A stretch of DNA of 64,000 bases. It comes from Candidatus Cloacimonadales bacterium (GTDB taxonomy: Bacteria > Cloacimonadota > Cloacimonadia > Cloacimonadales > JAIOQZ01). The stretch lies in the NCBI GenBank assembly GCA_963665815.1, contig OY762463.1, forward strand, positions 3,648,001 to 3,712,000. Reading direction: 5' to 3'. Shown here piece after piece: positions 42,307-52,207 of this stretch. The first letter of the stretch is position 1, and every line of letters begins with the position of its first letter. Under the pieces are notes generated by a model. The model made no database searches and was not told where the DNA came from. It worked only from the letters and a program-made list of their open reading frames with translations. Made by a program: the position numbers and the translations under genes.

Positions 42307-45300
42307 ATGAAAAAGGCATTCTTACTTTTTGGATTAGTGCTATTGTCTGTAATGCTATGCGCGCAGGATCACGGAGGTCCTGACAATTTTGGTTACAGAT
42401 GGGCAACAAGTGATAACGCTAATGGTCCTACTTACAACTGGATTACACCGAGTACGAATAGTACTGCTCTCACAATGGGTGACGATGATATTCAGGGACC
42501 ATTCGATCTGGGATTTACTTTTAACTTCTACGGAGTAGACTATACTTCGGTCAAAATCAGTTCTAATGGATACTTAACATTCAATTTTAACGAAGCAGAA
42601 ACTCTTGTACATCAGGATGTTCCGGATGCAAACACTCCTAACAACTTAGTGGGGTGGTTCTGGTCAGATATTGATCCACCTGAAGACAATCTGTCTACTA
42701 TCAGTTATGAGACAATAACATTTAACAATCAGAATGCGTTTGTCGTAACTTTTGACCACTGTAGAGAGTACAATCTTGACACTCCCGGGTATTTTACCGG
42801 GCAAGTGGTTTTGGTTGAAGATGGTAAAATTCTTATTCAGTATGAAGGATTTTATGAAGATTTCCTGTTGTCATCACAGACAGTAGGCCTCGAAAACTCA
42901 GATGGTACTGATGGAATTATGTGTAATCATAATGATTCTCTCTTCTTCTCTAACAATATGGCAATTGAGTTTGCTGTATCAGATATTGGTGCTAACAATC
43001 CTGTCCCTGCAAATGGTAGTATAGGTGTTCTTGTTGACGGTGATTTATCATGTGATTTTCTTAGCAATTCAGTTTCTTATGACCTCTGGTTTGGACCTGA
43101 AGGAAACATGGCTCAGGTTGTAACAAACCAGCCGGTAAGTTCATTTTCACCATATTCATACACCGGATTAACACCTCTTACAACCTATAGTTGGCGTGTT
43201 GATGTATATGATTCAGCAAGTAATATGTACGAAGGAGAAGTCTGGAACTTCGAAACAATGTGTGGAACAATAACGACATTCCCTTGGAACGAATCATTTG
43301 ATGCGGATAATCTGCCAAGCTGTTGGGTTGATGATCCTGCAAATAGCGATCCATGGTCTATTGGAGCTTCAACATCATCATCAGGAACAGGACCACAAAG
43401 TGGAGATCATACTTCAGGTAGTGGTAACTTCATTTATACTGAGGCTTCAGGTCATAATAATCAATTATATAAAATTTCTTCACCAGTATTCAATGTTACC
43501 GGTTTAACCAGCCCATCTTTGGAATTCTACTACCACATGTACGGTGGTGATATGGGTACTCTGCAAGTAAATATTTATGAACCTGTTAATGATGTTCGTT
43601 ATACAGATGTTGTTAACCCGGTTTCCGGTGATCAGGGTGATGTATGGAATTTGATGAGTATTGATTTGTCAACTTACAGCGAAGATTTCGTTGTGGAAAT
43701 TATCGGAACAACAGGAGATGGTTTCGAAAGTGACATCTGTATTGATGATATTTCAATTTATGATGTTAATACTGCCCCGGGATGCACAAATTTCATTTCT
43801 CCTGTTGATGCAGCTGTAGATATTATTGAAAACAGCACCTTGACTTGGAGCGCTGCCCAGGGAGCTACAGGATACATTGTTAATCTTGGTACTGATAACC
43901 CTCCTACAGATGTTGTAAGTTCTCAGGATGTTGGCAATAATTTGACTTTTGATTTTACCGGGTTAGCTCTTGGTACAGTATATTATTGGCAGATTATACC
44001 TTACAATGCCAGTGGCAGTGCAACAGGATGTCCTGTCTGGTCATTCACATCCAGACCAGATCCATTAGTAAGTACATTCCCGTACAGCAGAGGCTTTGAA
44101 AGCGGTCAACTTCCTGTAAACTGGATTGATGATCCTGCGAATACAACTCCATGGTCTTATGGAACAACAACTCCGACGACTACAACCGGTCCTGAAAACG
44201 GGGATCATACGACAGGCAGTGGATATTTTGCCTTTACTGAATCAAACAGTAACCTCAATCAACAGTTTAAAATGATTACAAATCCATTTGATGTATCATC
44301 TTTAACAAATCCGACTATGCAGTTATGGTATAACATGAATGGATGCTCAATGGGCTCTCTTCAAGTAAATATTGTAAACAATGTAACTGGAGCTATAACT
44401 GCTGATGTTATTACACCAATAACAGGTGATCACAGAGATGTATGGTTTAATATACTGGTTGATTTGAGTACATTTACAACTGATCCTTTCTATTTCGAGA
44501 TTGTAGCGACAACAGGAAATGATTATTTCAGTGATATAAGTATTGATGATTTCAGTGTTTTTGATAACAACGTTGTACCTCAATGTTCAATTTTCAGGTC
44601 TCCCTTAGATACTGAATCAGATATTCCTGAATGCAGTACTCTCAAATGGGATGGAAAACATGGAGCGACAGGTTATAATGTATCATTAGGTACCGACAAT
44701 CCACCCACAAATGTTGTAAATAACCTGGATGTAGGCGCTGTCTTTGAATATGATTTTTCTGGTTTAGCAAATAATACAACGTATTACTGGAGTGTAACTC
44801 CTTATAACGATGCAGGTACTGCTACAGGATGCCCTGTTTGGAGCTTTACAGTAAGATCAGATATGACAATAGACGTTTTCCCAATGATGGAAGATTTTAC
44901 TAACTGGCCTGTTGATGGCTGGGTACTCGATGGAAGAAGGGCTTGGTCTCTCAGTGCATCTTATAATGTTCCTTACTGTAATTTCTGGTCATGGAATGGT
45001 GGTAATGCTGAGCTGATAACTCCTCCTCTTGCACTTACGGGTACTGCGGATTTAGTATTCAGCTGGTCACACCATTACAATACGACATATATTGGTGATG
45101 AGTTGAATGTCTCAGTATCAACCGATATGCATAACTGGACATCTGTCTGGAATAGAATAGATGATACTTTTGAATCAAATGATGGTGCAGATGATACTTC
45201 ACCCGGTTCATTTATTCAGGAAACGGTCAACCTTGATGCATTTGCAGGGCAGACTATTTATGTGAAATTTGACGCTATTTCAGGCTACGGTCCTGATTTG

Positions 45301-47040
45301 TTTATTGATAATATAGGTGTTAATATTACAACACCACCGGATCATGATCTTTCAGTAATTACAGCTACAGGTCCACTGGAAGTAATGGTTGGTGTGCAAT
45401 CTGATTACACTATTACAATTAGAAACAACGGTTTAAATCCTGAATCAAACTACGATGTGAAACTCATGATGGCAACAGATGTTGAGCTTGCATCAACTCC
45501 GGGAACTCTGATTCAGCCTGACTCTATTGCAACATTCGTATTGTCCTGGACTCCTACTAATGATCAGCTGGGTAACCAGCAGATTTATGGTAAGGTTGTT
45601 ATGACTGGAGATATGGTCACTGGTAATAATGAGTCAGCGCCTCTTAGTGTTGTTGTGCAGCCATCTCAAACAGGATTGCAGGGACATGTCTATGATCATA
45701 ATGATGCTCCTCTGTTCAATGCTCAGATACTGATTGAAGAACTCCAGAGTGTGCAATATACAGATAACAACGGATACTACCAGTTTGCAAATATAACACC
45801 TGGTTCATATACCGTTACAGCATCTCAAACAATGTACCACGATGTAAGTGTGTCAAATGTGAGTATTGTTCAAAATGTGTTTACAACTCAAGACTTCTCT
45901 CTTGGCCAAGGGAATGGTGGACCAGTACTTCAGGGAATTGTCCAGGATCATAACAATGCTGTTGTAAATGGTGCTACTGTAGAAGTTGCCGGAGCAAACA
46001 TGACAACACAAACAGATGATCAGGGTCGTTACTACTTCTTCCTGATTACTCAGGGTAGTTATACTGTTACAGCAATGAAAGACGGATATATGAATCATGT
46101 TGTTCAGAATCTGAACATTGTCGACGGATCACAGACTCAGGACTTTGTTATAAACGAATATGGTCATATCGCAGTACAGGTTACAACAAATCTGAACTCA
46201 TTCGATGGAGCAGTAGTTGAAGCTACAGATGGAACAAACACTTATCAGAATACAGTTAATGATTCCGGTTGGGTATTCTTTAACGAAGTGGAACCCGGAA
46301 CATACGATATTTCTGCATCTCTTGAAGGAACTGTTCCTTATGAAGAAACCGGTGTTCAGGTTGCTTATGGGTCTGATCTTACTTATCAGGCAGCATTGAA
46401 TGAATTGATGCTTGCACCAACAAATATTCAGTGGAACTCCAATGGTGGTTACTTGAGCTGGAATCATGGTGACAGATCTTATGCTGTAAGAACTGATGGT
46501 GAAAGCACTCTGGCTGATGGTAAGGGTTATACTAACAGGGATTCAGATGATGGAACTCCTGAACGATCTTTACTTTATTTCAGAGTTGAAATTGATGTTC
46601 TGAATCAGACAACCACTGATACATTCTTTGTTGTATCTGGTTTTGATCCCAATGAAACACTGACAGCTACAATTACAGCCGTTTATGAGACAGGTAATAT
46701 GGCTGCACCGGATTTCGAATTTGACTTCATAGTAGGTAATGATGATGAAGATAATGTTCCTCTGGTAACAGAGCTCAAAGGAAACTATCCTAATCCATTC
46801 AATCCTACTACAAACATCGAGTTTTCACTGAAAAAGACTGGTAGAGTTGAACTAGTAATTTACAACATCACCGGTCAGAAAGTGAGAACACTGATTAGTG
46901 CAGAAATGAAGGCTGATCATCACAGAATTACCTGGAATGGTAAAGATGACAGAGGTAACGCTGTTTCAAGTGGAACATACTTCTACAGACTCCAGACATC
47001 TGAATATACACAAACTAAAAAAATGCTGATGCTAAAATAG
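42307..47040 (+). CDS. Large secreted adhesin-like protein (nidogen-like, MAM-like x2, FN3-like, CARDB-like, carboxypeptidase-regulatory-like repeats, C-terminal sorting domain)
   Basis: Signal peptide; repeated TGP..GDHT.GSG.F.YTE, YHMYG..MGTLQV and GTDNPPT...YYW...CPVWSFT; C-terminal GNYPNPFNP. Confidence 0.9.
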   Translation: MKKAFLLFGLVLLSVMLCAQDHGGPDNFGYRWATSDNANGPTYNWITPSTNSTALTMGDDDIQGPFDLGFTFNFYGVDYTSVKISSNGYLTFNFNEAETLVHQDVPDANTPNNLVGWFWSDIDPPEDNLSTISYETITFNNQNAFVVTFDHCREYNLDTPGYFTGQVVLVEDGKILIQYEGFYEDFLLSSQTVGLENSDGTDGIMCNHNDSLFFSNNMAIEFAVSDIGANNPVPANGSIGVLVDGDLSCDFLSNSVSYDLWFGPEGNMAQVVTNQPVSSFSPYSYTGLTPLTTYSWRVDVYDSASNMYEGEVWNFETMCGTITTFPWNESFDADNLPSCWVDDPANSDPWSIGASTSSSGTGPQSGDHTSGSGNFIYTEASGHNNQLYKISSPVFNVTGLTSPSLEFYYHMYGGDMGTLQVNIYEPVNDVRYTDVVNPVSGDQGDVWNLMSIDLSTYSEDFVVEIIGTTGDGFESDICIDDISIYDVNTAPGCTNFISPVDAAVDIIENSTLTWSAAQGATGYIVNLGTDNPPTDVVSSQDVGNNLTFDFTGLALGTVYYWQIIPYNASGSATGCPVWSFTSRPDPLVSTFPYSRGFESGQLPVNWIDDPANTTPWSYGTTTPTTTTGPENGDHTTGSGYFAFTESNSNLNQQFKMITNPFDVSSLTNPTMQLWYNMNGCSMGSLQVNIVNNVTGAITADVITPITGDHRDVWFNILVDLSTFTTDPFYFEIVATTGNDYFSDISIDDFSVFDNNVVPQCSIFRSPLDTESDIPECSTLKWDGKHGATGYNVSLGTDNPPTNVVNNLDVGAVFEYDFSGLANNTTYYWSVTPYNDAGTATGCPVWSFTVRSDMTIDVFPMMEDFTNWPVDGWVLDGRRAWSLSASYNVPYCNFWSWNGGNAELITPPLALTGTADLVFSWSHHYNTTYIGDELNVSVSTDMHNWTSVWNRIDDTFESNDGADDTSPGSFIQETVNLDAFAGQTIYVKFDAISGYGPDLFIDNIGVNITTPPDHDLSVITATGPLEVMVGVQSDYTITIRNNGLNPESNYDVKLMMATDVELASTPGTLIQPDSIATFVLSWTPTNDQLGNQQIYGKVVMTGDMVTGNNESAPLSVVVQPSQTGLQGHVYDHNDAPLFNAQILIEELQSVQYTDNNGYYQFANITPGSYTVTASQTMYHDVSVSNVSIVQNVFTTQDFSLGQGNGGPVLQGIVQDHNNAVVNGATVEVAGANMTTQTDDQGRYYFFLITQGSYTVTAMKDGYMNHVVQNLNIVDGSQTQDFVINEYGHIAVQVTTNLNSFDGAVVEATDGTNTYQNTVNDSGWVFFNEVEPGTYDISASLEGTVPYEETGVQVAYGSDLTYQAALNELMLAPTNIQWNSNGGYLSWNHGDRSYAVRTDGESTLADGKGYTNRDSDDGTPERSLLYFRVEIDVLNQTTTDTFFVVSGFDPNETLTATITAVYETGNMAAPDFEFDFIVGNDDEDNVPLVTELKGNYPNPFNPTTNIEFSLKKTGRVELVIYNITGQKVRTLISAEMKADHHRITWNGKDDRGNAVSSGTYFYRLQTSEYTQTKKMLMLK

Positions 47041-47120
47041 CTCAGCAGAAATTTATAAATTGTTTTGTTTCTTAATTGTCTTCTGATCCTTAGGAATGGA
47101 AAGAAAGCAAGACATATGAA

Positions 47121-47148
47121 GCAGCCTTTCACACGAAAGGCTGTTTCC
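47121..47148. terminator. Terminator hairpin after the adhesin-like gene
   Basis: GCAGCCTTTC-ACAC-GAAAGGCTGT. Confidence 0.75.
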
Positions 47149-47173
47149 TTTTATAATCCTCTATCTCGTTACA

Positions 47174-47360
47174 GGACTTTCCTCCATAGGTGTTTACTCA
47201 CCGTGTAGAGCCAACCGGACGGTTGATAAAAAAATCTGAACCTTGATTTTCTTAATTAACATGCTTGCAGGATTCTGAGTGACGCTTAGCGTCAAATTCC
47301 CCTCTACATTATTAACATAATTCAAGAGGGGAAAATCAATTTTGGGAAAGAAATTGATTG
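47174..47360. ncRNA. Candidate structured non-coding RNA or palindromic element, family unknown
   Basis: At least six stems in about 190 nt between two terminators; no credible ORF. Confidence 0.4.
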
Positions 47361-47390
47361 GGGGTGTGTATTTTATAATCATTTTCAAAC

Positions 47391-47420
47391 AAAAAAACCT
47401 GCCGAAAATTCAGCAGGTTT
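47391..47420 (-). terminator. Intrinsic terminator of rocD
   Basis: Minus strand AAACCTGCTG-AATTTT-CGGCAGGTTT followed by a T tract. Confidence 0.85.
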
Positions 47421-47443
47421 AAAGTAATATTATTTAACTGTTA

Positions 47444-48682
47444 TTAAGCGTCGAGTTCTTCGAAAACTGATCTCATTATTTCGATTGCTTCTTTCAGTTC
47501 ATCTTTTGTAATTACAAGTGGTGGAGCAAGACGGATAATGTGTTGGTGTGTAGGTTTACAGAGTAATCCTTTTTCTTTAAGCTTTACACATACATCCCAG
47601 GCTTCAACACCGTCTTTAGGTTTAATAATGATAGCATTAAGAAGACCTCTACCTCTTACAGTAGTGATTCTGTCAGTCTTAATGTTTCTCAATTCTTCTC
47701 TGAGGTATTCACCAAGTTCGAATGCTTTTTCAGTAAGGTTTTCTTCTTTGATAACTTCGAGAGCAGCCTGAGCAACAGCACACGCGAGTGGGAATCCACC
47801 AAAAGTTGAGCCATGCTGACCAGGTTTGATAACCATCATAATGTCTTTGTCTGCAAGAACAGCTGACACAGGTAATACACCCCCGGAAATAGCTTTACCA
47901 AGAATTACAACATCAGGTCTGATTCCTTCATACTCAACAGCAAGAAGTTTACCTGTTCTGGCAATACCTGTTTGAACTTCATCTGCTACGAACAGTACGT
48001 TGTGTTTTTTACAGGCATCGTAACATTTTTTGAGGTATCCTTCGTCAGGAACGTTAACACCGGCTTCACCCTGAATAGGCTCAACGATGAATCCTGCGAT
48101 TTCTTCACCTTGTTCTTCAAGAACTTTTTCAAGCGCTTCTGAATCATTATATGGTACATGGATTATTCCGGGTACGTATGGACCGAATCCACCGTAAGAT
48201 TCAGGATCAGTTGAAGCAGAAATAACTGCGATTGTTCTTCCGTGGAAGTTTTCTGTACAGAAAACCAGTTTTGCTTTGTTTTCTGCGATACCTTTTACAT
48301 CGTATCCCCATTTACGGGTTATTTTCATTGCTGTTTCAACAGCTTCAGCACCTGTATTCATTGGAAGAACCATATCATAACCAAAGTATTCGGTAACGAA
48401 TTTTTCGTAGCTTCCAAGTTTATTATTGAAAAAAGCACGTGAAGTTAATGTGAGAACGTCAGCCTGATCTTTGAGCGCTTTGATAATCTTTGGATGACAA
48501 TGCCCCTGATTAACAGCTGAGTAAGCTGACAGGAAGTCAAAATATTTTTTTCCTTCCGGATCCCAGAGAAATGGTCCTTCTCCTTTTGCAATTACAACTG
48601 GCAGTGGGTGATAGTTATGAGCTCCGTATTTTTCTTCTAAAGCCATTGCGTCAGTACTGCTTACGGTTCCGTATTTCAGCAT
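47444..48682 (-). CDS. rocD: Ornithine--oxo-acid aminotransferase
   Basis: [47 protein letters not shown]. Confidence 0.95.
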   Translation of the reverse strand: MLKYGTVSSTDAMALEEKYGAHNYHPLPVVIAKGEGPFLWDPEGKKYFDFLSAYSAVNQGHCHPKIIKALKDQADVLTLTSRAFFNNKLGSYEKFVTEYFGYDMVLPMNTGAEAVETAMKITRKWGYDVKGIAENKAKLVFCTENFHGRTIAVISASTDPESYGGFGPYVPGIIHVPYNDSEALEKVLEEQGEEIAGFIVEPIQGEAGVNVPDEGYLKKCYDACKKHNVLFVADEVQTGIARTGKLLAVEYEGIRPDVVILGKAISGGVLPVSAVLADKDIMMVIKPGQHGSTFGGFPLACAVAQAALEVIKEENLTEKAFELGEYLREELRNIKTDRITTVRGRGLLNAIIIKPKDGVEAWDVCVKLKEKGLLCKPTHQHIIRLAPPLVITKDELKEAIEIMRSVFEELDA

Positions 48683-48930
48683 ACTTCCTCCTTATATTAA
48701 TTAATTTGTACTTCTTATGAAAGCTATAATCTTTATGTCAACCTAAATCTGATAAAGTCTCGTTAATTATAGTAATTCAATAAGTTAATAATATTCAGCA
48801 AATTGTGCTTAAAAAAAATAGATCTCACCTTGTCTTTGATTATGCATGAGTAAAGGGTTTTGTATGATAGTAATATTTCCCTGCTTTCACTTTGCACTTG
48901 ACATTTTTGATTATGCATCATTTTTGCAGT

Positions 48931-49623
48931 ATGATGAATTTAGCTAATTATGAAAATACAGCAGTCATTATACCTGTTTACAATGCGGAAAGACATCTCG
49001 ATGAACTGATAAGAAGGATTTCTGCGATTATTCCAACGAATAATATTATAACTGTAGATGACTGTTCAATAGATAATTCTGCTCAGGTTTGCAGGAAGTT
49101 CGGTACAATTTATAACCGGCTATCTGTGAACTGCGGCAAAGGTGTTGCCCTTAAGCATGGCTTTGAAATTGCCAGAAAGCAAGGTTTTAAGTTTGCTATA
49201 ACCCTGGATTCTGATCTACAGCATTTACCGGAAGAAATACCGGATTTTATTGAGGAGCAGAATGTTTCAAATGCAGATATGGTAATCGGACGCAGGAACT
49301 TCAGACCAAGCTTTATGCCGATTCCACGAATTGCCAGTAACGGTCTGACATCGTTTATTGTCAGTCTGATTACGCATCACAGGATAAAAGACTCGCAGTC
49401 AGGATACAGGTTATACAGGCTTGCGAAAGTTATTTCGAATGACTGTATTTCTGATCGTTATCAGTACGAGACAGAGATAATCTTTTCTTTTGCCCGACAA
49501 AAAGCTGTATTCAGCTCAATTATTATTCCTACTATATACAATGATGAAGAAAGTTACATAAAGCATGGTCGGGATATAATGAATTTTATAAAAATTGTAT
49601 TTAACGAGATATTTATCAACTAA
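48931..49623 (+). CDS. GT2-family glycosyltransferase
   Basis: IIPVYN, VDDCSID, GKGVAL, LDSDLQH, DSQSGYR. Confidence 0.88.
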   Translation: MMNLANYENTAVIIPVYNAERHLDELIRRISAIIPTNNIITVDDCSIDNSAQVCRKFGTIYNRLSVNCGKGVALKHGFEIARKQGFKFAITLDSDLQHLPEEIPDFIEEQNVSNADMVIGRRNFRPSFMPIPRIASNGLTSFIVSLITHHRIKDSQSGYRLYRLAKVISNDCISDRYQYETEIIFSFARQKAVFSSIIIPTIYNDEESYIKHGRDIMNFIKIVFNEIFIN

Positions 49624-49636
49624 GCTGAGAGGAAAC

Positions 49637-50392
49637 ATGAGAATTTTACTTACAAACGACGATGGGGTGAATGCTCGCGGTATACGTGTATTGCAGGAGC
49701 GACTTAAGAAAGACAATCATGAAGTATTTGTAATTGCCCCTGAAAGTGAAAGAAGCGCTTTTTCGCATTCAATAACCATTAACAGACCGGTATATCTGAA
49801 CGAACACGAAGAAAATGTTTGGTCGATAAGTGGTACACCGGTGGATTGTGTTTTCTTTCTAAAAGATGTTATCAAAATTGAAAATATTGATCTGGTTATA
49901 TCCGGAATAAACGGTGGTCAGAATATGGGAAGAGATGTTCTGTATTCCGGTACAGTAGGTGTTGCTCTGGAAGCTATGCTGCACGGTTACAAGGCTATTG
50001 CTATTTCCATGAATGAATACAGAGACCAGAAATATGAAACCGGGGCAGAAGTCATGGCTCAATTACTGAGGCAGAACATTCATGAATATTGCAAAGAGGG
50101 ACAGATTCTGAATATCAATATTCCGAATATTACATTTGAAGAGATTAAAGGAATTAAGCTTACATCATTAGGTCATAGATATTATAAGAATTACATCAGA
50201 ACTGATAAAGACGAGAATGGCAGGACATTCTATCTTATTGGCGGAGATATGCCGGAATGGGATAACTCTGAAAACTCTGATTTCAAAGCTATATCGGAAA
50301 ATTATGTTTCAATAACTCCGGTATGGCCTAACTTTGAAGTACTTGATGTTCCAGAGAGTCTTAAATTGGGAATAAAGGTATTAAATTTGTAG
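49637..50392 (+). CDS. surE: 5'/3'-nucleotidase SurE
   Basis: ILLTNDDG, SGTPVDC, SGINGGQN, YSGTV; ATG 49637 after GAGG. Confidence 0.95.
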   Translation: MRILLTNDDGVNARGIRVLQERLKKDNHEVFVIAPESERSAFSHSITINRPVYLNEHEENVWSISGTPVDCVFFLKDVIKIENIDLVISGINGGQNMGRDVLYSGTVGVALEAMLHGYKAIAISMNEYRDQKYETGAEVMAQLLRQNIHEYCKEGQILNINIPNITFEEIKGIKLTSLGHRYYKNYIRTDKDENGRTFYLIGGDMPEWDNSENSDFKAISENYVSITPVWPNFEVLDVPESLKLGIKVLNL

Positions 50393-50404
50393 ATTGGTAA
50401 GAAG

Positions 50405-51052
50405 ATGAAATTTGAAGATCAAAGAGAAATAATGGTACAGACCCAGTTGATGGGAAGAGGAATAAAAAACGATCGAATTTTAAGTGCTTTCAGGGAGATT
50501 CCCCGAGATATGTTCGTCCCAGATGATTTTAAACTGCATTCTTATGCTGACTTTCCGCTTTCTATAGCATGTGGACAGACAATTTCACAACCTTACATCA
50601 TTGCATTCATGATTCAGATAGTTGATGTGACTGATCAGGATAAAGTTCTCGAAATAGGAACAGGCTCAGGATATCAGACAGCAATTCTATCCATGCTTGC
50701 TAAAGAAGTATATAGTGTTGAGAGGATACAGGAGTTAAGTCTCGGAGCTAAAAGAGTCTTGAAAAAACTTGATATAAACAATGTTCATTTCAGGGTAGGT
50801 GACGGTACAAGAGGTTGGGAAAAGGCTTATCCCAAATGTGAAGAGTTCGACAAGATTATTGTATCTGCCGGAAGCCCGTCTATACCTGAGAGTCTATTAC
50901 AACAGCTTGCAGATAACGGAAAACTGATTATTCCGTCCGGAACTCAGGAGATGCAGGCACTTGAGATGATTACCAGAAAAGGTGACCAGTATATAAAAGA
51001 ATCTTTCGGAAAATGTACTTTCGTACCGTTGATAGGAGAGCAGGGATGGTAA
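50405..51052 (+). CDS. pcm: Protein-L-isoaspartate O-methyltransferase
   Basis: GQTISQP, VLEIGTGSGYQ, FVPLIG; follows surE. Confidence 0.96.
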   Translation: MKFEDQREIMVQTQLMGRGIKNDRILSAFREIPRDMFVPDDFKLHSYADFPLSIACGQTISQPYIIAFMIQIVDVTDQDKVLEIGTGSGYQTAILSMLAKEVYSVERIQELSLGAKRVLKKLDINNVHFRVGDGTRGWEKAYPKCEEFDKIIVSAGSPSIPESLLQQLADNGKLIIPSGTQEMQALEMITRKGDQYIKESFGKCTFVPLIGEQGW

Positions 51053-51699
51053 AAAAAATTATAATTCTGTTTCTACTGACAATATTTATCATTGTCAGTC
51101 TGAATGCTGAAGGTGCTGCCGGACATGAATCTGATCAGCACGGTTTAAAAAAGAAAATTCTGGATTATTTCACAGATAAAGAAATCTCAAGAGAGTTAAC
51201 AGTATTTCTGATATCAATGCTTCCGATATTCGAGCTGAGAGGAGCGATCCCTGTGGGAATTCAGTTGTTTGAAATTCCATGGTACAAAGTATTTGCAATC
51301 TCAGTTGCCGGAAATATGGTGCCAATTTTTCTGATTCTGGTGTTTTTTGGGTTTGTTGAAAAACTTTTCCGTAAATTTTCATTTACAAACAGGATACTTG
51401 AGAAGATATTTGAGAAAACACGTAAAAAAAGTGATTTGATTAAGAAGTATGAAGAGCTCGGACTTATAATGTTTGTTGCCATACCATTACCTGTAACAGG
51501 TGCCTGGACAGGTTCACTTGCGGCATATTTGTTCGGATTGAAATACTGGAAATCGCTTTTATTCATTTTCATTGGAGTAATCGGAGCCGGTGTAGTTGTT
51601 ACAACACTGACGTTACTTGGCTGGACCGGTGCAATTATAGCTCTCGCTGCTCTGGCAGCTTTATTGATAATACCTCTTATAAAAAACATGAGGAAATAA
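51046..51699 (+). CDS. COG2426 / small multidrug export family membrane protein
   Basis: SMLPIFELRGAIP and FVAIPLPVTGAWTG. Confidence 0.85.
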   Translation: MVKKIIILFLLTIFIIVSLNAEGAAGHESDQHGLKKKILDYFTDKEISRELTVFLISMLPIFELRGAIPVGIQLFEIPWYKVFAISVAGNMVPIFLILVFFGFVEKLFRKFSFTNRILEKIFEKTRKKSDLIKKYEELGLIMFVAIPLPVTGAWTGSLAAYLFGLKYWKSLLFIFIGVIGAGVVVTTLTLLGWTGAIIALAALAALLIIPLIKNMRK

Positions 51700-51700
51700 T

Positions 51701-52207
51701 ATGAGCATTTTTGATTTTTTTTCTCGAGAGAAGAAAGTAAAGAATCTTACAAAAGAAGAATTCTATTTTCTGAGAAATGTTCCTTTCTTACAAGGATTGA
51801 ACAGGCTTGAACTGAAGCTGTTCTCCCGACTTCTGCATAAACGTGTATTCGAAAAAGACGAATGGGTTTTCCGGGAAGACTATCCGCATACTGTGTTATA
51901 TATTATTGCTGATGGTCATGTAGATATAATTCTTGAGAAAAAACGCGAAGAAGAAATAAATCTGGTTACACTTGGTGCCGAAGATTACTTTGGTGAAGTT
52001 GGTTTGTTTACTGATTCTCAGAGAACTGCATCGGCAAAGGCATCTTCGCCGGCAACTCTTTATGCCGTTTCTCAAAAGGATTTTCAAGTGTTTATAAACG
52101 AGCATCCTCGAACTGCTTCAAAAATTTTGTTCCAGTTTGCAGGGAAATTGAGCAAGGATTTGATTCGAACAAACAGGAAATTGAAGGTGATCAATGATTC
52201 GGAGTAA
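51701..52207 (+). CDS. Stand-alone cyclic-nucleotide-binding domain protein
   Basis: LYIIADGHV, YFGEVGL, RTASA; no HTH. Confidence 0.85.
   Translation: MSIFDFFSREKKVKNLTKEEFYFLRNVPFLQGLNRLELKLFSRLLHKRVFEKDEWVFREDYPHTVLYIIADGHVDIILEKKREEEINLVTLGAEDYFGEVGLFTDSQRTASAKASSPATLYAVSQKDFQVFINEHPRTASKILFQFAGKLSKDLIRTNRKLKVINDSE

Noticed and set aside
42307..47040. Internal repeats as a CRISPR array or diversity-generating retroelement target
   Set aside because: They are diverged protein-domain repeats. I saw no spacer array, cas gene, reverse transcriptase or adenine-specific template/variable pair.
47174..47184. GAGGAAAGTCC on the minus strand, identical to the RNase P RNA 5' conserved motif
   Set aside because: The other RNase P conserved regions do not follow, and the sequence runs into a terminator hairpin within about 30 nt.
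47194..47388. 64-aa ORF as a possible type I toxin
   Set aside because: No RBS and no hydrophobic helix; it overlaps the structured element.
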